Part shown: piece after piece, positions 61,748 to 64,000 of the stretch
Layout: the number at the start of each line of letters is the position of its first letter
Numbering within the stretch: position 1 is the first letter of the stretch
DNA from: Candidatus Entotheonellaceae bacterium
GTDB lineage: Bacteria > Tectomicrobia > Entotheonellia > Entotheonellales > Entotheonellaceae
Length of the DNA stretch: 64,000 nucleotides
NCBI GenBank assembly: GCA_965238075.1
Contig: OZ250173.1
Location: 1,344,001-1,408,000, forward strand
Direction of reading: 5' to 3'
The notes under the pieces: generated by a model
Databases searched by the model: none
Told to the model about the DNA's origin: nothing
The model's input: only the letters and a program-made list of their open reading frames with translations
Position numbers and translations under genes: made by a program

Positions 61748-63055
61748 TTGAAAATCACCGTCATCGGCCTCGGCCACGTCGGCGCCGTCGTCGCTTCCGG
61801 GCTGGCTGCCGCCGGTCACGCCGTCCTGGGCATCGACATCGACCGCAGGCGCCTTGCAACGCTGCAGGCCGGCAAGGTTCATCTCTACGAGCCGGGGCTG
61901 GAGGCCCGTGTCGCCGAGGGGGTGCGCAAGGGCCAGTTGCGCTTTTTGCACCGCGACGAAGTGGACGAGCCGCTGGGCGCCGCCGTCGTCATTGCCACCG
62001 GAACGCCGCCGACGGACAGCGGCGCCGCCGATCTCAGCCAGGTCAAATCGGCCGTGGGCTGGGTCAAAGCCAGGGAGCCCCGGGAGCTGGCCGTGGTGAT
62101 GAAGAGCACCGTGCCGCCCGGCGCCGGCCAACGCCTGTTGCAAAACGACTTGTGGGGAACGGGTATCCGCTACGCCTCGAATCCCGAGTTTCTGCGCGAA
62201 GGGCGGGCGGTGGCCGACTGGGATGCCCCTGATCGCATCGTCATCGGCGCCGAGCCGGGCGATGACCGCGCCATCGCCGTCGTCAAGGGCATGCACGCCG
62301 GCATCGACGCGCCGCACATGGTCACCGACATCACCAGCGCCGAAATGGTCAAGTACGCCAGCAACGCCTTCCTCGCCACGCGCATCTCCTTCATCAACGA
62401 AATTGCCCTACTGTGCGACCGTGTCGGCGCTTCCATCGACGCCGTCAGCGAGGGGCTGGCGATGGACGCGCGCGCCGGCGCCCGTATTCACGCCGGGGTG
62501 GGTTACGGCGGCTCGTGCTTCCCCAAGGACGTGCGCGCCCTGGATTACCTGGCACTGACCAGCGGCGTGAGCGTCGACTTGCTGCGCTCGGTCATCAACA
62601 TCAACAACCGCCAGCGCCTGCTGCCGCTGTACGCCCTGCGCCAGCGCTTCAATGGCGCCCTGAACGGCGTGCGCGTTGGTGTTTTAGGGCTGGCGTTCAA
62701 GCCGCAAACGGACGACGTACGCGATGCCCCGTCGCTGTCGCTGATCCGGGAACTGCTGGACGAGGGCGTGCAGGTTCTGGCGTTCGACCCGCAGGCCAAC
62801 GACACTGCCAGCCGTCAGTTGCCCGCCGCCGTACGCATGGCCGCTAGTCCCACGGAGGCCGCCGAGGGGGCGCAAGCGGTGGTTCTGCTCACCGAATGGC
62901 CGCAAATCGTCCAGGCTGAGTGGCCGCGCATCGCCGCGGCCATGCGCTCGCCCCGCTTCCTCTTCGACGGCCGAAACGCGCTGGACGCCGACGCCATGCG
63001 GGCGTTGGGCTTCGAGTACGCGGGCGTCGGGCGCAAGGGTCTGCCTATCCAATAA
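61748..63055 (+). CDS. ugd: UDP-glucose 6-dehydrogenase family
   Basis: GLGHVG, KSTVPPG, NPEFLREG, KYASN, GYGGSCFPKD, FKPQTDDVR, DGRN; TTG start. Confidence 0.92.
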   Translation: MKITVIGLGHVGAVVASGLAAAGHAVLGIDIDRRRLATLQAGKVHLYEPGLEARVAEGVRKGQLRFLHRDEVDEPLGAAVVIATGTPPTDSGAADLSQVKSAVGWVKAREPRELAVVMKSTVPPGAGQRLLQNDLWGTGIRYASNPEFLREGRAVADWDAPDRIVIGAEPGDDRAIAVVKGMHAGIDAPHMVTDITSAEMVKYASNAFLATRISFINEIALLCDRVGASIDAVSEGLAMDARAGARIHAGVGYGGSCFPKDVRALDYLALTSGVSVDLLRSVININNRQRLLPLYALRQRFNGALNGVRVGVLGLAFKPQTDDVRDAPSLSLIRELLDEGVQVLAFDPQANDTASRQLPAAVRMAASPTEAAEGAQAVVLLTEWPQIVQAEWPRIAAAMRSPRFLFDGRNALDADAMRALGFEYAGVGRKGLPIQ

Positions 63056-63079
63056 TGCGCTGGGAAGGACTGGAACCAC

Positions 63080-63877
63080 ATGAAGATCGCCTATTTTGAC
63101 TGCTTTTCGGGAATCAGCGGCGATATGACGCTGGGGGCGCTGGTGGATGCCGGCGTGGACCTGGCGGTGATCCGCGAGGAGTTGGCCAAGCTGCCGGTGA
63201 CGGGATACCGGTTGGAGGCGCGCGTGGTCAAGCGCGGCGGCCTGCGGGGCACCAAGGTGGACGTAATCGTGGATGAGGCGGTGCAGCCGGCGCGACGCTA
63301 TACCGACATCGCGGCGATGATTTCCGAAAGCGAGCTGGAGCCCGAGATACGGAAGCTGGCGCTGGCGATCTTTCGCCGCCTGGGGGAGGTGGAGGCGCAC
63401 CTGCACGACGAGCCGCTGGACGCGATTCACTTTCACGAGGTGGGCGCGGTGGATTCAATTGTCGACGTGGTGGGCGCGGCCATCGGCGCACACGCCCTGG
63501 GCCTTGAGGGCGCGGTCGCCTCGCCGGTCAACGTCGGCCATGGTGCGGTGCACACCTCGCACGGTTTGCTGCCGGTGCCCGCCCCGGCCACCCTGGCCTT
63601 GCTCAAGGGGTATTCGGCCTATGCCGGCGATACCCGGCTGGAATTGACCACCCCCACCGGCGCGGCGATTCTCACCACCCTCGCCGACCGTTTCGGACCG
63701 CTGCCGCGCATGACCATCGACCGCATCGGCTACGGCGCCGGCAACCGCGACTTTCCCACAGGCCCCAACCTGCTGCGCCTCGTCGTCGGCGAGGTGCAGG
63801 CCGACGCCGTGCCGGACCACGTTCACCACCATCACCACGACCACGGGCATCACCGCCACGAGCACCATCACGCGTGA
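63080..63877 (+). CDS. larC: LarC-family nickel insertion protein, N-terminal part only, His-rich tail
   Basis: YFDCFSGISGDM.LGAL, HFHEVGAVDSIVD, HG.LPVPAPAT, ELTTPTGAA, GYGAG; ends DHVHHHHHDHGHHRHEHHHA. Confidence 0.85.
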   Translation: MKIAYFDCFSGISGDMTLGALVDAGVDLAVIREELAKLPVTGYRLEARVVKRGGLRGTKVDVIVDEAVQPARRYTDIAAMISESELEPEIRKLALAIFRRLGEVEAHLHDEPLDAIHFHEVGAVDSIVDVVGAAIGAHALGLEGAVASPVNVGHGAVHTSHGLLPVPAPATLALLKGYSAYAGDTRLELTTPTGAAILTTLADRFGPLPRMTIDRIGYGAGNRDFPTGPNLLRLVVGEVQADAVPDHVHHHHHDHGHHRHEHHHA

Positions 63878-64000
63878 TGGAAGTGAACCCGGACGGCTCA
63901 GGGCCATTCACGCGCGTGACCCTCAGACCGCGCGCCACGACCACGCCGGAGCGACCGTAGCCTGCTCCCAGCCCGCCCGGCCCGAGAACTACCGGCAGGC

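Noticed and set aside
63874-63960. Short ORF VMEVNPDGSGPFTRVTLRPR as LarC2
   Set aside because: Only 28 codons and lacks LarC2 motifs; looks more like an OsmC-like fragment, too short to call.

Overview
GC-rich bacterial window. The repeat content, the FN3/cadherin adhesin and the metabolic gene set suggest a host-associated (e.g. sponge-symbiont-like) lineage; this is inference only. Layout: a partial cytochrome c gene divergent from a czcCBA-type RND operon; oxidoreductases; a copper-handling neighbourhood (CopD-YtkA-cytochrome c fusion, DUF4382 lipoprotein, SCO) split by an ABC-ATPase + TOPRIM-like (DUF4276) cassette; an ~18 kb decaying accessory region (17.3-35.5 kb) holding a fragmented type I R-M locus stuffed with toxin-antitoxin pairs, a ~2150-aa autotransporter-like adhesin cleanly split by an IS630 element, and an IS5 element; a sigma54-driven amidase with an amber stop; a penicillin-acylase family gene; hpt and an EVE protein. 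The most notable part is a glycine/sarcosine/betaine-reductase-type cluster (grdB-grdE-grdC-grdA). Its two selenoproteins are broken in the ORF track but read through UGA codons followed by SECIS-like hairpins, its GrdE-like subunit appears to lack the pyruvoyl-forming Cys, and no grdD is present in the window. An unannotated Trp-rich leader peptide behind a near-consensus promoter precedes trpEG. TA-flanked MITEs carrying REP hairpins supply stop codons to host genes. The window ends with a SWIM-SNF2 helicase, a third ATPase/TOPRIM-like pair, ugd and an N-terminal-only LarC. All family assignments are by motif recognition; no database searches were run.
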